Under the pieces are notes generated by a model. The model was given only the letters and a program-made list of their open reading frames with translations, was not told where the DNA came from and made no database searches. A stretch of 64,000 nucleotides of DNA, taken from positions 3,192 to 67,191 of IMG/VR virus record IMGVR_UViG_3300010413_000025; one strand, 5' to 3'. This document shows, one piece after another, positions 1 through 9,056 of the stretch; position 1 is the stretch's first letter, and each line of letters opens with the position of its first letter. Position numbers and translations under genes: made by a program. The DNA comes from a virus.

Positions 1-922
1 CCAGTGCGACGGAACCGATGCACGGCTGGTCGCGAAGGTTGTTTTCGACAGTGAACTGCACGTTCGTGAAACATGCGGCGGTATCGCTGACCGGAAGGCC
101 GTCCACCAGAATGTCGGTGATATTGTCGACCGCGTTCATCACATCCGCCACGGACACAGCCTGCGTGCCTGCGGCAGCGACCGACGCACTGGACGCCGTC
201 AGGTCCTTGCCTTGGAACGTGAACGAACCGCCGATGATCGCGCCCGGCGCCACGGTCAGTTCCATGGAACCGACACGCATCCCGGTGTAAAGCTGGTATT
301 CCAGCGGCGACAGGTCGCTGAACAGCTTTTCAATGGTGAAGGACTTCCGCGTGGTGCCGTTCTTGATGTAGGTCCCTTTCAGGGTACCCACGCCAGTGAT
401 CGTTTCGGCACTGGGCGGGGCCGGGGTAACCGTCAGGGTATGCGGCGAACCGGTGCCCTTTGCGGTTACCTTGTAGTACCCGTCGTTCGTCGGGGATGCC
501 GTCGAACCACCCATTTGCAAGAACTGACCGACAGCCACATTCCGCAGTGGGTCCGGGGAACCACCCGACACGATCAGCGTCGCGGTGTTGTTCAGCGGGG
601 ACGGCAGCACAATCTGGATCGTCAGACCGGTTTCGTTTACTGCGGTGGAAAAGTCGTCGTAAAGCCCGCCTGCCAGCAGTGCATCGTGCGAACCGTAGGA
701 CAATTCAATGCCCACGTCGCCACCTGCGCCGACCTGCGTGCGAACAATGTCGGAAACCTGCCGGTCACTCCGGATTTCTTCCGACTGCGTGGTTTGGATG
801 TTCTGGGTCAGGGATTCGTTTGTGAAGCGAAGTTCATTGATCACATCCGGGCTATTGTCCGGCGTGACGCCCCACTGCGTTTCCTCGACATAGAACAGTT
901 GTACAGAACTAGAATCAGACAT
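1..922 (-). CDS. Major tail tube protein (3' end truncated by window)
   Basis: Not in the ORF track. Hand translation from ATG at 922: MSDSSSVQLFYVEETQWGVTPDNSPDVINELRFTNESLTQNIQTTQSEEIRSDRQVSD...KSFTIEKLFSDL...YTGMRVGSMELTV, a typical tail-tube pattern. GGGAG SD upstream; follows the tail terminator gene. Confidence 0.85.
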   Translation of the reverse strand, partial: MSDSSSVQLFYVEETQWGVTPDNSPDVINELRFTNESLTQNIQTTQSEEIRSDRQVSDIVRTQVGAGGDVGIELSYGSHDALLAGGLYDDFSTAVNETGLTIQIVLPSPLNNTATLIVSGGSPDPLRNVAVGQFLQMGGSTASPTNDGYYKVTAKGTGSPHTLTVTPAPPSAETITGVGTLKGTYIKNGTTRKSFTIEKLFSDLSPLEYQLYTGMRVGSMELTVAPGAIIGGSFTFQGKDLTASSASVAAAGTQAVSVADVMNAVDNITDILVDGLPVSDTAACFTNVQFTVENNLRDQPCIGSVAL

Positions 923-952
923 TTAGCTGCACTCCCTGTTGCAGTGAAAACA

Positions 953-1378
953 TTATGGTGTAGGGTTCAAAACAAGGCTGTCCGACTGGAAAGGTGTCGA
1001 ACAGTTCCATTGCACCCATGCACCTGTCACACCGACGCGATTCAAAGCCGTTCCCCGGAAGATCACGCCGCTTACTGTTCGCCCTTCGAAAATGTCGGTG
1101 ACGCTGTCCGCCAGTTCCCGGGCTACACCGTCCCCACTCCCGGCGGGGACAAAAATCTGGACTTCCACCAGTCCGATGCGGCGAAACCGCCTGTACTTGC
1201 CCATGCCGACCTGACGCTGGTCGCCGGACAGTACGTGCAGCACCACGTACGGTTCGTTTTCCGGCGGCGTGAACCCGTCTACATCGCCGAAAGTGTATGT
1301 TGCGGGAACCGGACTGGACGCCGTCCACTGCGCTTCGAATCGTTCCCGAATTGTCTGTGCGTCCGATGCGTATCCCAT
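953..1378 (-). CDS. Tail terminator / tail-completion protein (DUF4128-like)
   Basis: 141 aa with G..VQIFVPAGSG...LAD motif; lies just before the tail tube. Confidence 0.75.
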   Translation of the reverse strand: MGYASDAQTIRERFEAQWTASSPVPATYTFGDVDGFTPPENEPYVVLHVLSGDQRQVGMGKYRRFRRIGLVEVQIFVPAGSGDGVARELADSVTDIFEGRTVSGVIFRGTALNRVGVTGAWVQWNCSTPFQSDSLVLNPTP

Positions 1379-1414
1379 GTCGAATTGTCCCTTTTTCGCG
1401 CGAAAACCGCAAGT

Positions 1415-1846
1415 TTACGGAAACTGCGACTGAACTTCCGCGACGGTTAGCTTGACCATGCCCTGCGGCGCCTGTCCGCTGTGCCCATTTTCCAGCGCCA
1501 CGATATATTCCACGTTGTTATAGATCACGATGGTGGAACCCAGCTTGACGCTCGACAGTTTCCCCAGCCCGGCCGCGATAGCCGCCGACGAACTGGCGTC
1601 TAAGTGCGCTTCCGCTTCGCCGGACGGGTCCAGCAGTTCCACGGTACCGCCGCCAGCCGCGCCGACTGCGACCTGCCAGTTCCCCCGGGCGCGCCCCGTA
1701 TCGACGGGGGTTTTCTCGACGACGCCGGTCAGGACTTGCAGCGCGACTTTTTTCAGCAGCTTGATCCCTTCAGCTTCGGTCAGCTTTTCGAAATCCTTCA
1801 GCTGGACCTTGAACTGGTTCAGGTTCTTGAACTTGGCTTTCATCAT
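1415..1846 (-). CDS. HK97 gp10-like neck / tail-completion protein
   Basis: TPVDTGRARGNW and NNVEYIVALENGHSGQAPQGMV motifs. Confidence 0.85.
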   Translation of the reverse strand: MMKAKFKNLNQFKVQLKDFEKLTEAEGIKLLKKVALQVLTGVVEKTPVDTGRARGNWQVAVGAAGGGTVELLDPSGEAEAHLDASSSAAIAAGLGKLSSVKLGSTIVIYNNVEYIVALENGHSGQAPQGMVKLTVAEVQSQFP

Positions 1847-2199
1847 AGCCGCAGCTGCAATTCATAGAACGCAATCACCGTGCCCGCCGACTGGGGCCGG
1901 ACGCCGACAATCTGGTATTCGACCCCGCCATAAATCAGGCGGTCGCCGGTGGCCGGGGACAGGCCCTTGCCCTTGACCAGTGTCGACAGGTCCGTGCTGC
2001 GGATCACATCGCCGTCGATCCGCCCCTGTTTGAAGGGTTCCGGCGGCGTGGCATAGCAGGCCGTATCCGTGGGCGTTTCGGTGACCTTCCCTGTCGTCGC
2101 AGAAAATGCGCGCGATACCGTCCGCAGCGTGGCCGCCGCGCCGAAATCCTGTATCAGCGTGGTGGCGACCCCTTGAAGGCTGTCCAGCTTCCCGGGCAT
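1843..2199 (-). CDS. Head-closure (head-tail joining) protein
   Basis: 118 aa beta-rich protein between adaptor and neck genes; ends ...FYELQLRL. Confidence 0.7.
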   Translation of the reverse strand: MPGKLDSLQGVATTLIQDFGAAATLRTVSRAFSATTGKVTETPTDTACYATPPEPFKQGRIDGDVIRSTDLSTLVKGKGLSPATGDRLIYGGVEYQIVGVRPQSAGTVIAFYELQLRL

Positions 2200-2200
2200 G

Positions 2201-2791
2201 TCAGCGCCTTGCCAGCGTGCCGACGATGCCGGACGACGGGTTGAAGAACGGCTGAACGCGCTTTTCCGCGTCCCAGTAGTACGTGGTCATGCGGGCATCG
2301 CCGCCGTTCTGCGGTGTCATGTACTCGACTTCCAGCGAACCGGCCTTTTCCCGCTTCGTCTGGCGGCCCAGCGCGCCCTGTAGGCTGCCGCTGATCGCGC
2401 CGCTGTCGTCCATCTGCGCCCGGGCCAGCAGGCACTGGGCGTCGATCACTTCCTGCGGGACCGTATCGGTGCCGATGAAGTACGAATCCGAAAAGTTCAG
2501 GGGAACGTCGGGCTGCGGGGTAAAGAACGGGTCGAAAAAGTCGGGGACCGGGACGCCGTTCCGTGGCCACGGCAGGGGCTGGGTCGCATCGACCAGCGAC
2601 GCCCGCCACTTCAGGCGCCACGCCTGCGTCATGTAGTCGCAGGCCAGCACCAGCACGCGTTCCTTGTCGTTCGTAGCCGCAGCGGCCCATCCGTCGTCGT
2701 GCCGGACCAAAAAATACGCGTCGGCGTCAGCCACCGAAATGAAACTGTTCGCCCCCGCCACAATGCTGCCGTCTTCGACTGTCAATGCCAT
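2201..2791 (-). CDS. Head-tail adaptor (DnaT-like family)
   Basis: MALTVEDGSIVAGANSFISVADADAYF...QPLPWPR...VPQEVIDAQCLLA...REKAGSLEVEY signature. Confidence 0.8.
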   Translation of the reverse strand: MALTVEDGSIVAGANSFISVADADAYFLVRHDDGWAAAATNDKERVLVLACDYMTQAWRLKWRASLVDATQPLPWPRNGVPVPDFFDPFFTPQPDVPLNFSDSYFIGTDTVPQEVIDAQCLLARAQMDDSGAISGSLQGALGRQTKREKAGSLEVEYMTPQNGGDARMTTYYWDAEKRVQPFFNPSSGIVGTLARR

Positions 2792-2831
2792 GTCCGTGTC
2801 CCCGTGTTGTCCCTTCCGTCGATTTTACGCG

Positions 2832-3227
2832 TCAGCCTAGTTCCACGCAAACCCAGTCGCTGAACCGGTTCAGAATGAAGAACTTGCGGCCCCGCAGGTG
2901 CGCCTTGATCGCGCCCAGCGGCCCCATGATCCGGGCGCCCGGGACCGGGTCCGGGTAGATGCCCGGAATGTCCCGAAAAATCACGACGGCGCCGTACTGG
3001 CCAGCGGGTCCGGCCTTCAGGGCGACGTTGCCCGGCAGGGTCGGCGGTTTCTTTCTTGCCACCCCTTCAATCATGGGGTGCCGGATAAAGTTCGTTTCGA
3101 ACAGGTGCGCGTCGCGCGCCCGGTCCGCTACGAATTCGATTGCTGGATGCCACCCGACCACCGCGACAGGACCGCCCTTGAAGGCGGCCCCGCGCAGGTT
3201 CCCGTAAAGGAAGTCAGGGATTGACAC
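2832..3227 (-). CDS. Hypothetical protein
   Basis: Probable GTG start at 3227 overlapping the upstream stop; fills the gap in the head operon. Confidence 0.5.
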   Translation of the reverse strand: MSIPDFLYGNLRGAAFKGGPVAVVGWHPAIEFVADRARDAHLFETNFIRHPMIEGVARKKPPTLPGNVALKAGPAGQYGAVVIFRDIPGIYPDPVPGARIMGPLGAIKAHLRGRKFFILNRFSDWVCVELG

Positions 3228-3669
3228 CGTCGCCGGTATCGCCTTCGGGATGCCCTTCCGAAAGGCCCGCAGGTCCGTCGGTGTCGGCTTCGTCGGTTCC
3301 GTCGGTTCCGGTGGTTTCGGCCACAGGTTCCTGAACGGGCTGCGGCTTGAGAGTAATTTTTTCAGGTTCTGGTTCGTCATCTTCGGCCACGTCCCCTTCG
3401 TCATCGAAAAACACGATTTCGACGCCGTTGCTTCCGAACTTCTGATACATGGACGCAATCAGCTTCGATTTCGCTGCGCTTTTCTGGATCAGCACCAGCG
3501 CGCAGGCTTCCACGTCGTTTTCATCCGTGAAAAACTGCTGGTCGATCAGGTTGCAGGTGCGATTCTGGTCGCGGATATGGGCGGCGATTCCTTTCGCCAG
3601 ATCAGCGAAAGCCGTTTTGAAATACAGTTTCGCCAGTCGTTTGGTGTCTGGTTCTTCGACGTTAAGCAT
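3214..3669 (-). CDS. Hypothetical protein with acidic C-terminus (post-capsid gene)
   Basis: ORF with GGGAG SD directly after the capsid terminator. Confidence 0.6.
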   Translation of the reverse strand: MLNVEEPDTKRLAKLYFKTAFADLAKGIAAHIRDQNRTCNLIDQQFFTDENDVEACALVLIQKSAAKSKLIASMYQKFGSNGVEIVFFDDEGDVAEDDEPEPEKITLKPQPVQEPVAETTGTDGTDEADTDGPAGLSEGHPEGDTGDGVNP

Positions 3670-3696
3670 TCTGTGTTCACTCCCATTTCGTCAATC

Positions 3697-3728
3697 AAAA
3701 AGTGCGGCCGGGGTTGCCCCCGGCCACG
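3697..3728 (-). terminator. Rho-independent terminator after major capsid gene
   Basis: Minus strand GC hairpin (GGCCGGGG arm, GCAA-type loop, CCCCGGCC arm) followed by ACTTTTT; a near-identical hairpin occurs at 47065-47093. Confidence 0.75.
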
Positions 3729-3739
3729 GTTCGTTGCTT

Positions 3740-4768
3740 TTAGAAGGACTTGATAACGACACCGGCCAAGTCTTTGACCGAATCCATTACGCTGTCCCAG
3801 TTGGTGCTGGTGGCCAGCGCCGCGTCGGTGGGGTTTACGCCGCCGTTGGTAACGTCCCACTTGAAGCCTTTCACGCCCACGTTGTAGGCATGTTCGCCCT
3901 GAAGGCGGGCAACAAGGTTTTCGTTACCGGTGACGACTTCGCTGTACATCAGCGGGCTTTCGCTGTCTTCCAGCACGCAGGCGCCTTCGACCAGACCCAG
4001 CGTCAGGTACTGATTGCGCAGCGGCGAATCAGTCTGCTGGATCAGGGCGGCCGAATCGGTGACCAGAACCGGGCGGTTCAGGGTGACCGGGGTCGCGCTT
4101 GCGATGTTGAAGTTCGACAGGCCGTCGATGTTGCGGGTGATCTGATCCTTGACAAGATCGTAATACACCTTGCTGTGCATGACCCACAGGCCGACACGGT
4201 TCGCGGCATCACCGAACAGCGCCAACGCATTGACAAGGTCGATAGTGTCCAGCGTGGTGGGCGGCGAAGCTTCACCATCGGCAATCAGCGCGGCCTGACC
4301 CTGCAAGGCGGCCTGAATCGAACGCAGACCTGCGTCCAGCTGGTCGACCTGCATTGCTTTCGCAATCTGGCCACCCAGAAGGAAGGACAGCGTCTGGAAA
4401 TCGGCATTCATGCCCAGTTTCTTGAAGCTGTCAATCGTCTGGTCGATAGGACCGATGCGCCGGTTCAGCTTGACGCTGATCAGTTCATCACCAGTCACCG
4501 CGCTGGCGGTCACTGCCGGGTTCGACGGCGAAGTGGAAACCTGCCGACGGTTGATCAGGCTGGACACGTTCTTGAAGAACGATTCCTGATGAAAGTCACC
4601 CATCCGCATGGCGGTGACCAAACGAATCGTGTTCAGCGACGCGGCGTTGAATGCGTCGGTATTCTGAACAAGCGTTTCGACCATACCGCTGTGGACCAGT
4701 TCCGGATAAATCAGACCTTCCGGAAGGCGGCCGCTGCCAGCAAAACTTTCGCGAGTACCAGTAGTCAT
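3740..4768 (-). CDS. Major capsid protein
   Basis: About 342 aa from ATG 4768 with GGGAG SD; WVMHSKVYYDL, LNRPVLVTDS, GVKGFKWD...NPTDAALATSTNW motifs; follows the scaffold gene. Confidence 0.9.
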   Translation of the reverse strand: MTTGTRESFAGSGRLPEGLIYPELVHSGMVETLVQNTDAFNAASLNTIRLVTAMRMGDFHQESFFKNVSSLINRRQVSTSPSNPAVTASAVTGDELISVKLNRRIGPIDQTIDSFKKLGMNADFQTLSFLLGGQIAKAMQVDQLDAGLRSIQAALQGQAALIADGEASPPTTLDTIDLVNALALFGDAANRVGLWVMHSKVYYDLVKDQITRNIDGLSNFNIASATPVTLNRPVLVTDSAALIQQTDSPLRNQYLTLGLVEGACVLEDSESPLMYSEVVTGNENLVARLQGEHAYNVGVKGFKWDVTNGGVNPTDAALATSTNWDSVMDSVKDLAGVVIKSF

Positions 4769-4803
4769 TGTATGCAAACTCCCTATGCTTGCGGTTCAGT
4801 AGG

Positions 4804-5610
4804 TTACAGGGGCAGGGCCATGAAGGCGTCGTGCCCGTGTTCGTTGATAAATGCGACCTTTTCGTTCGGCTTCATGCTGCCGCGCTTCAGGTCCGAAGGT
4901 ATCCCACCTTTGCCGCCTTTACCGCCCTTTTCACCAGCGCCCGGCGGGGTCCCGCCCCCCGAACTTCCGGTACCAAGGAAGGCACCTGCGAAAGTTTCCT
5001 GATCGCGCAAATCCTTCACGTAATCGGAAACAGAAAGGTACTGACCGTCGCCGTTCATGCGCGCGCTGCCTGCGTCATCGACTACGCGGGTCACGAACAT
5101 GCCGTTGTCGTCCCTTTCGATCTTCAGCGCCGCCAGAACGTGCGGTTTCAGCAGCGCCGTGTTGCCCTTGTTGTCGGAAATCGCCTGAAGTGCGGCGGTT
5201 TCCTTCATCTGACGGCCGAAGGCGTCCAGCAGATCGCTTTTTTCCTTGTCCCACGCCGACCGATCTTCATTGTGCTTCGTGACCAGCTGATTTTTCAGCG
5301 AATCCCATTCGCCCGCCTTCCGCTGCCGGTCTTCTTCGGCCTTCGCCTGTGCTTCGCGCAGTTCCTTCAGTTCGTCCAGATCGAAACCGCTATACTGTTC
5401 CTGAATCTGGCGAATCTTGCGCTGGGCTTCGCGGGCCGCGTCGCGCTCTTTGTTCAGCGCGCTTTTCAGGCCGCTTACATCCTCGACCTGATCGCTGGGC
5501 ACGTAACCTTCCAGTGCCTTCAGTACAAATTTTCCGTCCTTTTCCACGTAGTCTTCACGCAGGCTTTCCGGAACAGAATCCAACGAATCCACGATTGCTT
5601 CGATTGCCAT
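4804..5610 (-). CDS. Capsid scaffolding protein
   Basis: SLDSVPESLREDYVEKDGKFVL...DVSGLKSALNKER coiled coil, Gly-rich linker, terminal helix. Confidence 0.85.
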   Translation of the reverse strand: MAIEAIVDSLDSVPESLREDYVEKDGKFVLKALEGYVPSDQVEDVSGLKSALNKERDAAREAQRKIRQIQEQYSGFDLDELKELREAQAKAEEDRQRKAGEWDSLKNQLVTKHNEDRSAWDKEKSDLLDAFGRQMKETAALQAISDNKGNTALLKPHVLAALKIERDDNGMFVTRVVDDAGSARMNGDGQYLSVSDYVKDLRDQETFAGAFLGTGSSGGGTPPGAGEKGGKGGKGGIPSDLKRGSMKPNEKVAFINEHGHDAFMALPL

Positions 5611-5670
5611 AGGTCCTTTACTCCCTAAAGGTAAGTGCGACGCCTGCCGCTAATTAGTGTTCAGACTGAT

Positions 5671-5699
5671 ATTGTGGTGGACTCTAAAAATTTTTGCAA
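5671..5699 (-). promoter_or_regulatory. sigma70-like promoter for scaffold/capsid
   Basis: TTGCAA-N17-CACAAT in an AT-rich intergenic gap. Confidence 0.45.
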
Positions 5700-5761
5700 G
5701 TGCAATTAAATTTTAATTCGCTGGACCGCCTTAAAATTTCCCGGCCCGGACTTTAATCCGG

Positions 5762-5944
5762 TCAGGTGGTCACTTCCCCGTCCTTCGCGCCGGGAACTTT
5801 CGGCGTGTCGTCCATGGGCCGCCCGGTTTTTATCGCCCGGGCCATGCCTTCCAGCGCCGCCGCCTGCGTTAAACTGTAAATCGGCGGTTCGTCCCCGAAT
5901 GCGGCCTTGTAGTCGGCCCGTAACTGCTGAAAATTTCCGTTCAT
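5762..5944 (-). CDS. Small protein, candidate immunity partner of the MuF toxin domain
   Basis: 60 aa ORF overlapping the MuF stop (ATGA). Confidence 0.5.
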   Translation of the reverse strand: MNGNFQQLRADYKAAFGDEPPIYSLTQAAALEGMARAIKTGRPMDDTPKVPGAKDGEVTT

Positions 5945-7650
5945 TGATAGACACCCTTGTTTTTCAATAAGATTTCGACCTGATCAAGGAACTGGCTGTG
6001 TCCCAGTGCCCGGATCACCTTCGCCCAGCCGCGTTCCCCGCCCAGTATCGCGGTGACGTTCGCAAATCCTTCCGTTGTCCGGAACGCGTAGCCGTTCTTT
6101 TTGTAGTACGACAGGCTGTGGCCATACCCGATTTCGTTCAAAGTCTGGGCGCCGTACAGGTCCGCAATCGTTCCTTCGATCCCGTTATAGAAGAACCGGC
6201 CATTTTCCCAGACCTGATTCAGGTAGTAGTACGGGTTCTGCGTTTCCAGCGCCACCAGCAGGTGAACCATTTTGTTTCGCATGGCCACGTCGTTGGCTGA
6301 ATCCATGGCCGTGGTGCCCATGTGCTTGTAGTGCAGGTCGCGCATTTCCCGGTACGTCAGCCCGTATTCTTTCAGGCGGCTGTCTATCCAGTCAACACCC
6401 TTCCCGTCCCGCACGATTCTTTCCATGTGGCGCCGGAACAGGGCCTGCCCTTCGGCGTACCGCTTGGCGGCTTTCTTGACCGACCGCCCGTCGGCCTGAA
6501 ACGCCGATTTCAGCTTGCCCACGTTGCTGATGTAGCCTTTCGACGCCGCATACTGGGCCGGGGTCAGGTGCTTGGTAAAGTCGTTGTCGATATGGTGGCC
6601 GTATTCGTGCCGCCACACGACCTGCGCCCGCAGATCGCCGCGCTTGTAGTCTTCGGTCATGTTGATAAGGTTCCCGCCGCGCCAGTGGTAGGCGCCTTCC
6701 TTCGTGCGGGTGACCTGCGACAGCGGCTTGCCAGCGTCCAGCGCCGGGCCGATGTAGCCGGGCGCATCTTCCCAGCTTTGGGCGTGCCACTTGTTCGCTT
6801 CCGCCGGTTCCTGCGGGTTCTGGTACTTCGGCGGTGGCGGCGCGACCACGGCTGCCGTCCCAGCTGCTGCCGCGCGCTTTTTCTTCGACAATGCCAGAAG
6901 TTCTTCCGGCGACAGCGGCTGGCCCCTGAAGTCCAGCATCTGCTGCAAGGAAATTTTCCCGCTACGCCACAGCCGGGCGCGCACCGGTCCCAGCAGCTTG
7001 TCCTGAAACGCCGTGCCCTTTTTCTTCAGGAAGGCGTCGAAGGTGGTATCCGCCGGAACTTGCCCGTCCATGCTGGCCCGGGTCGTCGGGGTCAGTTCCT
7101 TGAACGGCAGGCCCAGTTCTTCCCAGCTTTTTAGGATCGGGACCAGCGTCGACCGGCAGTTGAAGTGCCGTGGCGGGCCGCCGTTAAAGGGAAGGGTAGT
7201 CGGTGCAATGGGGGTGTAGTCGGGCAGCGACCACTGTTTGTTGCTGTAGGCGGCGCAGATCACGGACGTGCGGTTGTCCAGCGTGGAAACTTGCTTGACG
7301 CCCTTCACCACGTCGTCGTTCGCTTCGAACGTGCGCAGCCGGGCTTCGTTCGTGATCTTGTTCACGGCGGTGCGGCCCAGTGCTTCGGCGTTGTGCTTGG
7401 CGGCCTTCATGATGCCGGGGACCTGCGCGCCGTCGATCACGCCGCCGCCGATCCGCTTCCGTAGCTTGTCGATGCCTTCCCCGGCTTCCATGGACTGCCG
7501 GACGGTGTCCATGAACTTGTTGTGCAGGTCAGTTCCTTGCCGCTTCCACCACGTAATAGGCCGGGCGCCCTGCACCAGTACGTCGTCGACTATGACTTTC
7601 GCGGTGGTGGGGTCCAGTTCCTTGCCATTGAAGGGGATTTCCTTCGCCAT
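5941..7650 (-). CDS. MuF/SPP1 gp7-type minor head protein (C-terminal part) with C-terminal zincin metallopeptidase extension
   Basis: STLDNRTSVIC...GPPRHFNCRS MuF core; Ala/Pro linker; WRHEYGHHID (HExxH) and downstream TEGFAN. Confidence 0.85.
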   Translation of the reverse strand: MAKEIPFNGKELDPTTAKVIVDDVLVQGARPITWWKRQGTDLHNKFMDTVRQSMEAGEGIDKLRKRIGGGVIDGAQVPGIMKAAKHNAEALGRTAVNKITNEARLRTFEANDDVVKGVKQVSTLDNRTSVICAAYSNKQWSLPDYTPIAPTTLPFNGGPPRHFNCRSTLVPILKSWEELGLPFKELTPTTRASMDGQVPADTTFDAFLKKKGTAFQDKLLGPVRARLWRSGKISLQQMLDFRGQPLSPEELLALSKKKRAAAAGTAAVVAPPPPKYQNPQEPAEANKWHAQSWEDAPGYIGPALDAGKPLSQVTRTKEGAYHWRGGNLINMTEDYKRGDLRAQVVWRHEYGHHIDNDFTKHLTPAQYAASKGYISNVGKLKSAFQADGRSVKKAAKRYAEGQALFRRHMERIVRDGKGVDWIDSRLKEYGLTYREMRDLHYKHMGTTAMDSANDVAMRNKMVHLLVALETQNPYYYLNQVWENGRFFYNGIEGTIADLYGAQTLNEIGYGHSLSYYKKNGYAFRTTEGFANVTAILGGERGWAKVIRALGHSQFLDQVEILLKNKGVYQ

Positions 7651-7653
7651 TCA

Positions 7654-8196
7654 TTACGCGCCCGGTTCGTACCACGTCGCCAGAAGGTGCGCGTCCTGCG
7701 CCTGCCCGGAAATATTCTGCAACACCAGCAGATATTCGTTCGCCGGGTCCAGAATCCGTTCATGGTTGAAGTCCAGCGCGGTTCCCCGGGACAGGCCGCC
7801 ACTGCCGCCGAATACTGGCAGCCGGGCGCCCCACTGCGTGCCGGTCGACGAAATCGACGGGTCCTGCGTCACGGTCATGCCGGAAGTCTTGCTGGACAGG
7901 TCGTTGTGCTGTTCGGGCGTGATGATCTGGTTCGGGCTGGCCACGGCCCACGTCGGGTTCCGGTACAGCCACACGTGGGAATCGCCGCCGCAGAATCCGG
8001 TGTACCGCAGGTGCGCGGCCCGGCTGGGTTGCAGCAGCATGTACAGGTACCCATTGTTCGCAATGGTCTGGTTTTCGGCCACGGCCGTGAACAGCTTCCC
8101 CTTGTGGATCATTCCGTGCACGCTGTCCATCGAAAATATCGAACGCGCAATGTCGTCGATTTCCAGTGAGTTGCCGTCCTTGTCGAAAAGTAACAT
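7654..8196 (-). CDS. Hypothetical beta-rich protein, possibly virion-associated
   Basis: 180 aa ORF with GGGGA SD, between the two MuF halves. Confidence 0.65.
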   Translation of the reverse strand: MLLFDKDGNSLEIDDIARSIFSMDSVHGMIHKGKLFTAVAENQTIANNGYLYMLLQPSRAAHLRYTGFCGGDSHVWLYRNPTWAVASPNQIITPEQHNDLSSKTSGMTVTQDPSISSTGTQWGARLPVFGGSGGLSRGTALDFNHERILDPANEYLLVLQNISGQAQDAHLLATWYEPGA

Positions 8197-8211
8197 GTCC
8201 CTGTCCCCCGG

Positions 8212-8406
8212 TTAGCCGATAGTGATCCGCTTCAGTAGCTTCCGCAGTCGGGAACAGTGCCTGCTGATGTCCGAAAAAATTGCTGCATTGCTGTTCGTCT
8301 GGCGCAGCTTTTCGTACCGGTTGTTCGACGCGTTGCCCACCACGTAGGCCCAGTCGTCCATCGACAGGTCGTCCAGCTGCTGAATCAGTTTGGCGTTTTC
8401 CATCAT
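8212..8406 (-). CDS. Hypothetical protein
   Basis: 64 aa, overlaps the upstream stop. Confidence 0.55.
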   Translation of the reverse strand: MMENAKLIQQLDDLSMDDWAYVVGNASNNRYEKLRQTNSNAAIFSDISRHCSRLRKLLKRITIG

Positions 8407-8735
8407 GGTATGTTTGTTTCCAGTGCGGTGACCACGGCCATGGATTCAACCCCGACCATTTTCATGGACTGTCCACGGGTGATCGTATTCAGATCGGCGT
8501 ACGCTTGCCGGATCGCTTCACGACTGGCCTTTTCCAGCTTGGCCAGCCTTCGAATTTGTGCATCCCTGCGCGGCGTCCCTGCCGGGTCGATTTCATCCGC
8601 CAATCGCCGAAGTTCCTTTTCCAGTTCGTCCATGCGCGCCGCTACCTTGCGACGCAGGTCAGCTTCGACCTTTGTCTTTTGTACATCATGTTCGGTCAGG
8701 TCGTCAAGTATTTGGGTCGCGATATTGTCAGCCAC
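8403..8735 (-). CDS. N-terminal helical part of a MuF-type head morphogenesis protein
   Basis: GTG start; (M)ADNIATQILDDLTEHDVQKTKVEADLRRKV...RLAKLEKASREAIRQAY resembles long-MuF N-termini. Confidence 0.6.
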   Translation of the reverse strand: MADNIATQILDDLTEHDVQKTKVEADLRRKVAARMDELEKELRRLADEIDPAGTPRRDAQIRRLAKLEKASREAIRQAYADLNTITRGQSMKMVGVESMAVVTALETNIP

Positions 8736-8850
8736 GGTCGGTCGCCCCTGTATGCGGTTCGCGAATAGCATACGCCGCCGGTTTGGGCGGCCGGGGCTTC
8801 GGTACCGAATTCGGCTTGCCGTTCTTGCTGCCGCTGCATCCACAGCCCAT
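8728..8850 (-). CDS. 40-aa MGCGC- peptide
   Basis: Hand-translated MGCGCSGSKNGKPNSVPKPRPPKP...; fills the gap exactly. Confidence 0.35.
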   Translation of the reverse strand: MGCGCSGSKNGKPNSVPKPRPPKPAAYAIREPHTGATDRG

Positions 8851-8852
8851 GG

Positions 8853-9056
8853 TCATTTCCCCAGTAGTGATTTCGTTTTGCGTTTGCCGACGCGCGCTGC
8901 CAGCGAACCCGGCTTGCCACTACTATGCGACAAGTTCTTGAAAAACACAACTTGCCGTTCCCGTTTCTGGGCCTGTTTCTTCGTGGGATAGCATCCCAGA
9001 TCGCGGCCCGTGGTGCGTGAAACCACGCAGAATTTACTGCCTTTGCGCTTGATCAT
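8853..9056 (-). CDS. Small basic hypothetical protein
   Basis: MIKRKGSKFCVVSRTTGRDLGCYPTKKQAQKRERQV; overlaps the portal stop. Confidence 0.6.
   Translation of the reverse strand: MIKRKGSKFCVVSRTTGRDLGCYPTKKQAQKRERQVVFFKNLSHSSGKPGSLAARVGKRKTKSLLGK

Noticed and set aside
212-5628. Long plus-strand ORFs (e.g. 212-1450, 3449-5002; also 19676-21288, 33137-34234, 44394-45560)
   Set aside because: Antisense shadows of well-supported minus-strand genes in GC-rich DNA; no recognisable motifs
7651-8402. Group I/II intron or mobile element splitting MuF
   Set aside because: Fully occupied by two ordinary ORFs; no homing endonuclease, RT or transposase motifs; no room for an intron core
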